A stretch of DNA of 33,666 nt, taken from UHGV virus genome UHGV-0338553; one strand, written 5' to 3'. Origin of the DNA: a virus. Position numbers and translations under genes: made by a program. The notes below the pieces were generated by a model, which saw nothing but the letters and a program-made list of their open reading frames with translations, had not been told where the DNA came from and searched no databases. This document shows, in pieces, positions 16,496 through 23,878 of the stretch; positions within the stretch are counted from its first letter, which is position 1; every line of letters starts with the position of its first letter.

Positions 16496-17429
16496 CGGTA
16501 TCGACATTTCATCTTGGCAGACCGGCATCGACCTTTCGGTGGTTCCTTGCGACTTCGTTGTCATCAAGGCGACCGGCGGCATCGGCTACGTGAACCCCGA
16601 TTGCGACCGCGCCTACCAGCAAGCGAAGGCGCAAGGAAAGAAACTTGGCTTCTACCACTACGCGCGCGAGAAGGGTTACAAGGGCAGCGCCGCCGACGAA
16701 GCGCGCTTCTTCATCGACAGCTGTCGCAACTACTTTGGCGAAGCGATTCCCGTGCTTGACTGGGAGGAAGAACTGTCGGCAGGCGTTTCGTGGGCTAAAG
16801 AATTCCTTGATGCCGTCTACGCCGAAACGGGCGTGAAGCCGCTTCTTTACGCGAGTAAGAGCGTGCTGCGCGAATACGACTGGTCTTCCGTGGCGAACGC
16901 CGGTTACGGTCTGTGGTTCGCGCAGTATGCGAACTACAACGCGACGGGCTACCAGGATTCGCCATGGACTGACAACGGCGGCATCGGCGCATGGCCTTTC
17001 CCTGCGATGTTCCAGTATTCGAGCGCTGGAAGCCTTCCAGGCTGGAACGGCTCGCTTGATCTGAACATATTCTTCGGCGATGAAAGCGCATGGGACGCAT
17101 ACGCTTCCGCCGGTTCTGGCTCGACCGAACCTAATGCGGAGCCGGTGAAAAGCGTTGACGATATCGCCCATGAAGTCATCGCGGGGGCGTGGGGGAACGG
17201 CGACGAGCGCCGCGCCCGCCTTGCCGCTGCGGGATACGACTTCGATACGGTTCAAGGCCGCGTGAACGATCTGCTGGGCGCGAATCGGCAGCGCATCTAC
17301 ACCGTCGTTGCTGGCGACACTCTATCAGGCATTGGCGCGAAGCTGGGCGTTGATTGGCGCAGCATCGCTTCGAGCAATGGCATTTCAAGCCCGTACACGA
17401 TCTATCCGGGCGACCAGTTGACCTACTAG
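16488..17429 (+). CDS. Endolysin: GH25 muramidase + CW_7 (Cpl-7-like) repeat + C-terminal LysM
   Basis: ATG at 16488 with AAGGG upstream. The track ORF from 16362 overlaps the previous gene and is rejected. GIDISSWQ…GFYHY are GH25 motifs. SVDDIAHEVIAGAWGNGDERRARLAAAGYDFDTVQGRVNDL is a CW_7 repeat. YTVVAGDTLSGIGAKLGV…YPGDQL is LysM. Confidence 0.8.
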   Translation: MLNGIDISSWQTGIDLSVVPCDFVVIKATGGIGYVNPDCDRAYQQAKAQGKKLGFYHYAREKGYKGSAADEARFFIDSCRNYFGEAIPVLDWEEELSAGVSWAKEFLDAVYAETGVKPLLYASKSVLREYDWSSVANAGYGLWFAQYANYNATGYQDSPWTDNGGIGAWPFPAMFQYSSAGSLPGWNGSLDLNIFFGDESAWDAYASAGSGSTEPNAEPVKSVDDIAHEVIAGAWGNGDERRARLAAAGYDFDTVQGRVNDLLGANRQRIYTVVAGDTLSGIGAKLGVDWRSIASSNGISSPYTIYPGDQLTY

Positions 17430-17438
17430 AAAGGAATC

Positions 17439-17780
17439 ATGATGGCAACCAGAAAGACAACCACCGCGAAGGCTACGCCAGCAAAGGACGTAAAAGCGAC
17501 ACCGGCTGAAGCCCCGCAGGACGCACCGGTCGAGGCCGCACAGGCACCGGCTGAAGCCCCGCAGGACGCACCGGTCGAAGACCAGTACCCTGTCATCGTT
17601 TGCAGCGAAGACACGCGCATCACGAAAATCGTCCTGCGCGACAATCCATCCGTTGAGAACGATAACGATGCCTTGATTGTTCCCGTTGGGACGAAGCTGC
17701 GCGCTGTTGAGGACATGGGCGAGTGGACGAAGCTTACCCACGACCTTTTCATCATGTCCAAGTTCGTCAAGAAGCTTTAA
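17439..17780 (+). CDS. Hypothetical protein: disordered Pro/Ala-rich N-terminus with tandem repeat + C-terminal SH3-like fold
   Basis: AAAGGA RBS. 113 aa. The DNA carries a 45-bp-period tandem repeat (17503..17579) encoding APAEAPQDAPVE twice. Last gene before the terminator. Confidence 0.45.
   Translation: MMATRKTTTAKATPAKDVKATPAEAPQDAPVEAAQAPAEAPQDAPVEDQYPVIVCSEDTRITKIVLRDNPSVENDNDALIVPVGTKLRAVEDMGEWTKLTHDLFIMSKFVKKL
17503..17579 (+). repeat. Tandem repeat, 2 copies of a 32-nt core with 45-bp period
   Basis: CCGGCTGAAGCCCCGCAGGACGCACCGGTCGA occurs at 17503-17534 and 17548-17579. Confidence 0.8.
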
Positions 17781-19419
17781 GTGATACGACCAGCCCAAAA
17801 CCATGTTCAAGCATGAGTATCGGCGTTCCGTTTTCGGTGTACAACGTCTCAAAAGGATACCCGTTTGACGTTCGTTTTGACATGCGATTGGGGCACCATT
17901 TGGAAGTTTCACGAACGGCCTGTTGATCAGGCCGTTCGTGTTTTTTCAAAGCAAGTTCTATCTCATATTGCGTGCTTTCGCACGAATCAAAGTTCATCAC
18001 GGCCACGGCGGTGCTTTCATACAGCCAAACTTTAGATACAAAAGTAAGCGTGATCTGCTCGTCCGACAACGCGCCCTTCGACATATCAGAGAAGAACGCT
18101 CGGAGTTCTTCTCTGCTGACACTGTTTTGCTCGCGCTTCAATTCCTCTATGCGCTTCTCCAAAGCGCGCTCTTGCGCATCGAGCGCGGCAATTTTCGGCT
18201 TTACGTGATTAAAATCAAGGCCTTCAGCGACCGCTGACAAAAGATTGTCGCGCTGCTTTTTTACCGCTCTTATGTCTTTCCTTACTGCTTCTATGGTTGC
18301 CTTCGACTGACGTTCATCCCTAAACTGGATATGCCTGTCAATTAGATAATCAACCAGCGCGGCATCGCGTAGCATTTCGCGCACGCCTGAAACAACTCCT
18401 TGTTCTACAGTCTCTTTATTGAACGACCCCAAGCACGCCTTGCGTTTCCCCCGGCAGCTATAACGCCAGTATTCGATGCCGCTTCCGCCAATTGCGGTTT
18501 CGCCGTGCATAGGCTCTTTGCACTTGGAGCATATTAGCTTCCCGGAAAGCAGGTAGTCGGCATTCGTCTTCAAACGCCTTCTGAATCCCAACTTTTCGAT
18601 GCAAGACAGCTTTTGCGACATGCTCACAATCGCTGGCATACCGTCTTCTATGTATACAAGGGGAACGGGTCGCCCGAGATCATCAAGCACGTCATTTCCA
18701 GCTTCGTCTTTTTTTACACCCCACATATATACGCCCGCGTAGCGCACGTTCTTCAACATGCTTACAACGAAACCGTATCCGGGGTCTTTGCCGCGCGCCG
18801 TTTTCACTCCGATACTCAACAGCCAATCCAGTATCTGCTTCGGCGCTACACCCGAAAGAAAATCGACGTGGATGCGTTTTGCAATGGGCGCTTTCTCCGG
18901 GTCAAGCGTGATCTTGTCGCCATCGTGGCTATAACCGTACAACGGATAGCCCAGGTACTGGCACTTCCTAGCTTTGCCAAGCATACCACGCATCGTATCT
19001 TCCGCGCTCTGCCGTGATCTGACTTCGGCGAACAGCGCGTTCAAAGCCTTCGTGCTGGTCGCTTCGATTGACGTACCGGCGATGTTCTCTTTCACCGATT
19101 CGAAAGTCACTCCGCCGTTCTTGCGCAGCACGTGTTCGTAATAGTATTGCTCCTCGATGTTCCGCGCGAACCTATCCATCTTCCAAACAAGGATTATTTC
19201 AAACATGCCCGTCTTTGCATCCTCGATCATGCGCAAGAAATTCGGGCGGTCATCGCTTCTGCCACTCATGGCGTAGTCGCAATATTGCATCACGACAGTG
19301 TACCCGTGGCGCTCGGCGTATTTATTGCATTCATAAAGCTGATCTTCTATGGACGCATCGCGCTGTTTGTCACAACTGAATCGCGCATAGATGGCTACAC
19401 GAATTAGCTTGCGAGACAT
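17767..19419 (-). CDS. Large serine recombinase (phage integrase)
   Basis: N-terminal resolvase catalytic domain (RVAIYARFSCDKQ…SIEDQ), recombinase domain, Cys-rich zinc ribbon (CSKCKEP…CRGKRKAC), and coiled-coil motif. 550 aa. The C-terminal ~55 aa may be extension. Confidence 0.9.
   Translation of the reverse strand: MSRKLIRVAIYARFSCDKQRDASIEDQLYECNKYAERHGYTVVMQYCDYAMSGRSDDRPNFLRMIEDAKTGMFEIILVWKMDRFARNIEEQYYYEHVLRKNGGVTFESVKENIAGTSIEATSTKALNALFAEVRSRQSAEDTMRGMLGKARKCQYLGYPLYGYSHDGDKITLDPEKAPIAKRIHVDFLSGVAPKQILDWLLSIGVKTARGKDPGYGFVVSMLKNVRYAGVYMWGVKKDEAGNDVLDDLGRPVPLVYIEDGMPAIVSMSQKLSCIEKLGFRRRLKTNADYLLSGKLICSKCKEPMHGETAIGGSGIEYWRYSCRGKRKACLGSFNKETVEQGVVSGVREMLRDAALVDYLIDRHIQFRDERQSKATIEAVRKDIRAVKKQRDNLLSAVAEGLDFNHVKPKIAALDAQERALEKRIEELKREQNSVSREELRAFFSDMSKGALSDEQITLTFVSKVWLYESTAVAVMNFDSCESTQYEIELALKKHERPDQQAVRETSKWCPNRMSKRTSNGYPFETLYTENGTPILMLEHGFGLVVSLKAS
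17910..17946 (+). terminator. Rho-independent terminator for the late/lysis operon
   Basis: 13-bp perfect stem CACGAACGGCCTG/CAGGCCGTTCGTG, loop TTGAT, followed by TTTTTT. It lies inside the 3' coding region of the minus-strand integrase ORF. Confidence 0.7.
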
Positions 19420-19480
19420 GGTAGAATATCCTTGCCTTTCATTCGAAAACGAAATGTCTTTCTGGTTCGGTGATTAGGCA

Positions 19481-19515
19481 GACCCCCTGTAGCCGCCAAG
19501 CTATTGCAGGGGGTC
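19481..19515. promoter_or_regulatory. Imperfect palindrome GACCCCCTG-TAGC-cgccaa-GCTA-ttg-CAGGGGGTC; candidate attP core or terminator upstream of the integrase
   Basis: 9-bp outer arms and 4-bp inner arms can be read directly. It lies 62 bp upstream of the serine integrase start, a position and arm architecture reminiscent of phiC31-type attP sites. Confidence 0.3.
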
Positions 19516-19518
19516 ATT

Positions 19519-19806
19519 TCATTTGTACAAAACAAGGGTTCTGTACAAGATTCCAGCTTCATTATCAAACTTTATATCAACTATTTCCCTTCCCTGATTC
19601 TGAATATAGCTTAGAACCTGATCGAGTTCTGAACTATATTTTTCATCAACGGCAAGGGTTTGCGGCCTGGAAATTTTCCCATTTGAAACCAACAGCAAAA
19701 CATGCGTCAAGCCGTCTTGGGATGCTAAATTCTGCAATGCCTGCTGCGCGGCATTGTCAATTAAAGCTTGCTGCTTATCTGAACTGCCACCAAATAAAGC
19801 CATCAT
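19519..19806 (-). CDS. Hypothetical protein in low-GC lysogeny island
   Basis: 95 aa. AGAAGGG RBS. Immediately downstream of the repressor gene on the same strand. Confidence 0.45.
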   Translation of the reverse strand: MMALFGGSSDKQQALIDNAAQQALQNLASQDGLTHVLLLVSNGKISRPQTLAVDEKYSSELDQVLSYIQNQGREIVDIKFDNEAGILYRTLVLYK

Positions 19807-19815
19807 TCATCCCTT

Positions 19816-20205
19816 CTAGGCGATAGCCGCACGGCTGGAAAATGGATGATCTTGCATTTCTTTTTTCTCATACTTGCCAGATGACACCAGATCGTCCGCG
19901 TATCCAAGAAGCTTTGCCATTCCTTCATCGTTGAGCAATTTGACGGTTCGCAACAGTTTATTTATCTCGTCATCATCAACAATATCGCTACATTCAGAAT
20001 TGTTAAGTTGCCCGTACTTTGTACCAAGAATTGTATCGGTGGACACACGATAGTAGTCGGCAAGCATTGATAGCTTGTCGCCATTTAAGCTTCTGCTACC
20101 TTGCTCCCAACTTCTGTACGTGCTAAGAGCAATTCCTAAATCTGCGGCAACATCTTCTTGAAGCTTCCCAAACGATTCACGTATTTGCTTCAGATTGTTT
20201 TTCAT
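19816..20205 (-). CDS. CI-like repressor, XRE-family HTH
   Basis: Start at 20205 (MKNNLKQIRES…) with AAAGGGG RBS. HTH: …QEDVAADLGIALSTYRSWEQGSRSLNGDKLSMLADYYRVSTDTILG. Divergent from a Cro-like gene. Confidence 0.75.
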   Translation of the reverse strand: MKNNLKQIRESFGKLQEDVAADLGIALSTYRSWEQGSRSLNGDKLSMLADYYRVSTDTILGTKYGQLNNSECSDIVDDDEINKLLRTVKLLNDEGMAKLLGYADDLVSSGKYEKKEMQDHPFSSRAAIA

Positions 20206-20333
20206 CGCTGCCCCTTTCTGTGCATACGGTAACACATTTTGTCGCAGTAGTAAAACAAAACCTATTGCAGAGTGATATGTTTTGTGTTAGTCTCGATTAA
20301 GCAGTGATACAGATCGTGTTACTAGGAGCAATT

Positions 20334-20558
20334 ATGACTAATGCAATCGCAAGTGAGCGGAAACGGAAGGGTCTGACCCAAACTTCGCTGGGCAACATGA
20401 TCGGGAAAGATCGCTCCACTATCGGAAGGTGGGAATCTAACCCGCGAGTGGCAGATTGCGGCGATCTTGAAAAGCTTGCCGATATTTTTGACTGTTCGGT
20501 TGATTACTTGCTCGGCAGGACTGACGAGCGCACCCCGTCGATGCGCAAGGCGGGCTAA
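20334..20558 (+). CDS. Cro-like XRE-family HTH regulator
   Basis: AGGAG 5 nt upstream of the ATG at 20334. HTH: GLTQTSLGNMIGKDRSTIGRWES…DYLLG. 74 aa. Confidence 0.7.
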   Translation: MTNAIASERKRKGLTQTSLGNMIGKDRSTIGRWESNPRVADCGDLEKLADIFDCSVDYLLGRTDERTPSMRKAG

Positions 20559-20560
20559 CC

Positions 20561-20779
20561 ATGGATGGGCGCAAGTACGTGGCTTCCTTCATTGCTAACG
20601 CCGAAGGTGTCAAGAAGATAAAGCTGCATCTGGTAGCTGGGTCAGATACAGCAGCTGTACAGCATGCCGTCATCTATGCGACGAAGATGAACCTGTCTGA
20701 CCTGCCGAAGTTGCTACACGTCTACGAAGCCGATAACGATTGGAACGAGGGCAGGGAGATAGTGACATGCTTCGGTTAG
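20561..20779 (+). CDS. Hypothetical protein
   Basis: ATG 2 nt after the Cro stop. 72 aa. Confidence 0.4.
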   Translation: MDGRKYVASFIANAEGVKKIKLHLVAGSDTAAVQHAVIYATKMNLSDLPKLLHVYEADNDWNEGREIVTCFG

Positions 20780-21018
20780 AAATCCTTCAGACCAAGAAGC
20801 TGAATCGCAGCATCGGTGAAGCCCGTGTAGCATGGCGCTCCGTTACTGAAGGAACCACTAGTAACAAGCCCTGCCGCCGCCAGTTCGCGCATATCGTCCA
20901 ACGCTGCGGAATCGCCGTACACGAGTTCACCGTGAACGTATTCGGAAAAATCAGCGCCGCCAATGCACGCCTTCGCGATGTTTTCAAGCGTCGCCTTCGC
21001 ACTGCTGCTTACAGCCAT
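20776..21018 (-). CDS. Hypothetical protein (80 aa)
   Basis: GGAAGG RBS 8 nt upstream of the ATG at 21018. Only the 3' 243 nt of the long low-complexity track ORF 20776..21864 is kept. Confidence 0.3.
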   Translation of the reverse strand: MAVSSSAKATLENIAKACIGGADFSEYVHGELVYGDSAALDDMRELAAAGLVTSGSFSNGAPCYTGFTDAAIQLLGLKDF

Positions 21019-21294
21019 GGTGTCTACCTTCCAGAAACGATGATGGCTAAGTATAGCGCAGTGCAAATCAGATCGCGTGCGGGCATGACAACGGGCGGGC
21101 GCGGTACGCAAAATGGAGGCCAGACACTCAAAAACTGTCCTAACAAGACCGCCCCCTTTCTGGTCAGTGAAACGAACAGGGGCTTTTTGAGAGCCGACAG
21201 CAATGCTACCTGCTTCGGAACCCGTTGTCATGTTCGCACGCGATCTGATGCGTTGCGTGGCGAATGCGAGCCTTGCGACCGCCGAATATCGCCC

Positions 21295-21483
21295 ATGTGC
21301 GAATCGCTCACGAAGACAGGCGCTTTGATGTTCGTCCCCGCCTACCTGTCTTTGCTGCTTGCCATGGCTGTACCGTTCGCTCCCGGCGATGCCCTTCGCT
21401 TTCTGCTGCTGTCGCTGTGCTTCATGTTCCTCGGTGCCGGTGTCGCTTTCCTTGTCGCGTCTGATATCGTTCGGGGGCGTTAG
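21295..21483 (+). CDS. Possible small two-TM membrane protein
   Basis: The C-terminal 62 aa of track ORF 20740..21483 form two hydrophobic helices. No convincing RBS. Weak call. Confidence 0.2.
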   Translation: MCESLTKTGALMFVPAYLSLLLAMAVPFAPGDALRFLLLSLCFMFLGAGVAFLVASDIVRGR

Positions 21484-21485
21484 CC

Positions 21486-21938
21486 ATGGCTCGCAAGCAA
21501 AAGCAGAAGCGCAGCCCTTGGACAACGGCAGAACTGACGCTGCTGGAAAACCATGCCAACGAAGGCATAGACGCGTTGTCGAAGCTGCTGCCGAAACATT
21601 CAATGCAATCCATTCGCAGCACAGCATCGCGAAACGGAATATCAATCGCGCGCCGCTGGTACTGCCCGATGTGCAACCGGGAAGTGTATGTACCCCTGAA
21701 GCCATCGACGGGCTGGTGCCGCGAGTGCAGCAAGAAGCGCACCCTTGACGAGAATCAGCGCGTGAACCGCGAACTTCGGCTGCGCAACCTCGGAATTGAA
21801 ACAGAAGAACAGCGCATAGCCGATCTGGATAAGCAGATAAACACCCTCTATCAAGACAATTCAAGATTGCGAAAATCTAAGCCACAACGAAGCAACATGG
21901 GAGCCGACCAGCGCAAACATAAGGAAGGCTCAACATGA
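21486..21938 (+). CDS. Hypothetical zinc-ribbon (CxxC…CxxC) + coiled-coil protein
   Basis: 150 aa. CPMCNRE…CRECSKK. First clearly coding gene of the rightward early operon. Confidence 0.55.
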   Translation: MARKQKQKRSPWTTAELTLLENHANEGIDALSKLLPKHSMQSIRSTASRNGISIARRWYCPMCNREVYVPLKPSTGWCRECSKKRTLDENQRVNRELRLRNLGIETEEQRIADLDKQINTLYQDNSRLRKSKPQRSNMGADQRKHKEGST

Positions 21939-22099
21939 AAGATTGCGAAGTGTTCTTTCACACCCGTATCGCAGAACTGTTCGAACAATGGAAGGAGGGC
22001 GAACATGCCAAAAAAGAGAATGAGCGCCCCGCTGCAAACGAAAGCGCTCAAACACCAAAAGGCAATACATATGTTATCACACGGCGCAAGGCTTCTTAG
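21935..22099 (+). CDS. Hypothetical small protein (54 aa)
   Basis: ATGA overlap with the upstream stop. AAGGAAGG 6 nt upstream. Overlaps the next small ORF in another frame. Confidence 0.3.
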   Translation: MKDCEVFFHTRIAELFEQWKEGEHAKKENERPAANESAQTPKGNTYVITRRKAS

Positions 22100-22181
22100 C
22101 CTGACCTGCGTCGCCATCTCGGCTGCTGTCGGCGCTGTCTACATCGCCGCCGCAGTGATGGGGGGTGCGGACAATGCGTGA
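22005..22181 (+). CDS. Hypothetical small membrane protein (58 aa, one TM helix)
   Basis: GGAAGGAGGG 5 nt upstream of the ATG. High GC3 in its 3' half. TM: LLSLTCVAISAAVGAVYIAAAV. Confidence 0.4.
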   Translation: MPKKRMSAPLQTKALKHQKAIHMLSHGARLLSLTCVAISAAVGAVYIAAAVMGGADNA

Positions 22182-22359
22182 CGCGCGCATCACCTTTCCC
22201 GAAACCGAAGCTTCCGCTTGCATCCGCAAGCCAGAACGCGGCCTGAAGCACGACATGGTGCAGCTGATGCGCGACAACACCCGCCTGCGCGGTGAGAACT
22301 TCGCGCTGCGCATGGAGATCGCCCGTCTGAAGGCGCAGACCGGCGGTGATCAGGCATGA
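22174..22359 (+). CDS. Hypothetical small coiled-coil protein
   Basis: The start overlaps the previous stop (ATGCGTGA). GGGGGTG upstream. 61 aa. Confidence 0.4.
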   Translation: MRDARITFPETEASACIRKPERGLKHDMVQLMRDNTRLRGENFALRMEIARLKAQTGGDQA

Positions 22360-22676
22360 GCGAAGAAGAATACATGAACGTCATCTACAGGAAGACCGAA
22401 CAGGGCATGCGGTGCGAATTCGCCGTCCACTCCACGCTTGTACGCGAGTTCGTGGAGGAAATCATAGACAACTGCTTCGACGCGAAGGTTGAGTGCGACC
22501 CGAACTTTGCGCTGGGCTTCGCCGCAGCCATCGACGCGTTCACCCATGGCCGCATCGACTTCAGAGGTGCGGTTCCGACCGTGAACGACGCGTGGCACGA
22601 CGTGAACGACGTGACGGGCAGGCCGTGCCGCGTGACCGACTGCATGCGCGTCTACTGCGACGGGGCGGTGTCGTAG
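22356..22676 (+). CDS. Hypothetical protein
   Basis: ATGA overlap. 106 aa. Confidence 0.5.
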   Translation: MSEEEYMNVIYRKTEQGMRCEFAVHSTLVREFVEEIIDNCFDAKVECDPNFALGFAAAIDAFTHGRIDFRGAVPTVNDAWHDVNDVTGRPCRVTDCMRVYCDGAVS

Positions 22677-23878
22677 TGAAGCCTGTCGTGATAAAGCACC
22701 ATGCGGACGGCACGCCCTACGCAAGGCCGTACCTTGGCATCAACGCCGTTACCAAAGCGCCGATGCGCCCGTACAAGCGCTTCCCCGAAGCCGCCAACGA
22801 CGAGGAAGCGCAGGAAATGGCGCAGGAGTGGGTGAACACCATCGCGGCGGCTGCTGATCTGCACGTGAGCGTGAAGCTTGTTGAAATGCTCGCGCGCTAC
22901 ATCGACCGGCTTGAAGCGAACGGCAAGTCACCGAACACGATCAAGACGTACCGGTCGCTGCTGCAATGCTATGTCGCGCCGAACGTCGGCAACGTCGGCG
23001 TTGGCGAACTGAAGCCCTACATGGTCGATGGCCTGTACAACGTCATCCTGATGCGCGAGAGCCGCAAGGGCGGAACCATATCGCCCAACACGGTCATCAA
23101 GCTTCACTGGTTCCTGTCGGGAGCGTACCGCTACTTCGTCCGCGAAGGCGTGTGCGAGTTCAACCCCATGCTGTCGGTGACGAAGCCGGAACGCGATCTG
23201 ACCGAAGCCGTAGCGTTCAACGAATCGGAATTCAACGTCTTGTCGAAGGCGCTCGCGAAGGCCGTCAACGAGCCTGCGGAGAGCCGCGAAGCGATCTTCA
23301 GGCGCAACGCCATGTTCTCGGCGTACCTCGCCCTGTGGAACGGCGAGCGCTGCGGAGAAGTGCTTGCGAACAGCAAGGCCGATGCGCAGCTTTTCAGGCA
23401 GCTGATGCACATCGGAAACACGCTCGTGGAGAAGAAGGGGCATCTGTACCGCAAGCCCAAGCCGAAGTCCAAGCGCAGCCGCAACATATCCATCTACGAT
23501 GACGTGTGCGCGAACATCGAACGGCACTACGAATGGCAGGCCGAATACCTTCCCGCCGCGAAGCAGAACGACTACAACCGCATGATCTGCTGCACGGCTG
23601 ACGGCGGGCTTATGCGCCCTTCGACGGTCAGCACGGAGTTCAGCGCCCTGCTCAAAACGCTCGGCCTGCCTCGCGGCACCAGCTACCACACGCTGCGCCA
23701 TACGCACGCGACCTGGCTGCTGCTTCAGGGGGTCGATCTGAAGACCATCGCAGAGCGGCTAGGGCATGCCAACGAAGCAACCACGCTGTCGCTCTACGCG
23801 CACGTCATGCCGGGGCGCGACGAAATGGCCGCAGCGGCCTTCGCGGAAGCCGCAAAGCGGATGGGCGGTGCGCTATGA
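22676..23878 (+). CDS. Tyrosine-type site-specific recombinase (phage integrase family)
   Basis: GTG at 22676 overlaps the upstream TAG. The track ORF from 22493 is rejected. C-terminal catalytic motifs SYHTLRHTHAT and LGHANEATTLSLYAHV (R…H-x-x-R…Y). N-terminal SAM-like domain. It lies inside an operon of ATGA-coupled genes. Confidence 0.8.
   Translation: MKPVVIKHHADGTPYARPYLGINAVTKAPMRPYKRFPEAANDEEAQEMAQEWVNTIAAAADLHVSVKLVEMLARYIDRLEANGKSPNTIKTYRSLLQCYVAPNVGNVGVGELKPYMVDGLYNVILMRESRKGGTISPNTVIKLHWFLSGAYRYFVREGVCEFNPMLSVTKPERDLTEAVAFNESEFNVLSKALAKAVNEPAESREAIFRRNAMFSAYLALWNGERCGEVLANSKADAQLFRQLMHIGNTLVEKKGHLYRKPKPKSKRSRNISIYDDVCANIERHYEWQAEYLPAAKQNDYNRMICCTADGGLMRPSTVSTEFSALLKTLGLPRGTSYHTLRHTHATWLLLQGVDLKTIAERLGHANEATTLSLYAHVMPGRDEMAAAAFAEAAKRMGGAL

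Noticed and set aside
19068-19407. Plus-strand ORFs 19068..19379 and 19132..19407
   Set aside because: They lie entirely inside the well-supported minus-strand serine integrase gene.
20776-21864. 362-aa minus-strand ORF across the cro-downstream region
   Set aside because: Most of it is low-complexity and Cys/Arg/Ser-rich, and it overlaps a convincing plus-strand gene (21486..21938). Only the 3' 80 codons (20776..21018), which have their own GGAAGG RBS, are kept as a low-confidence gene.
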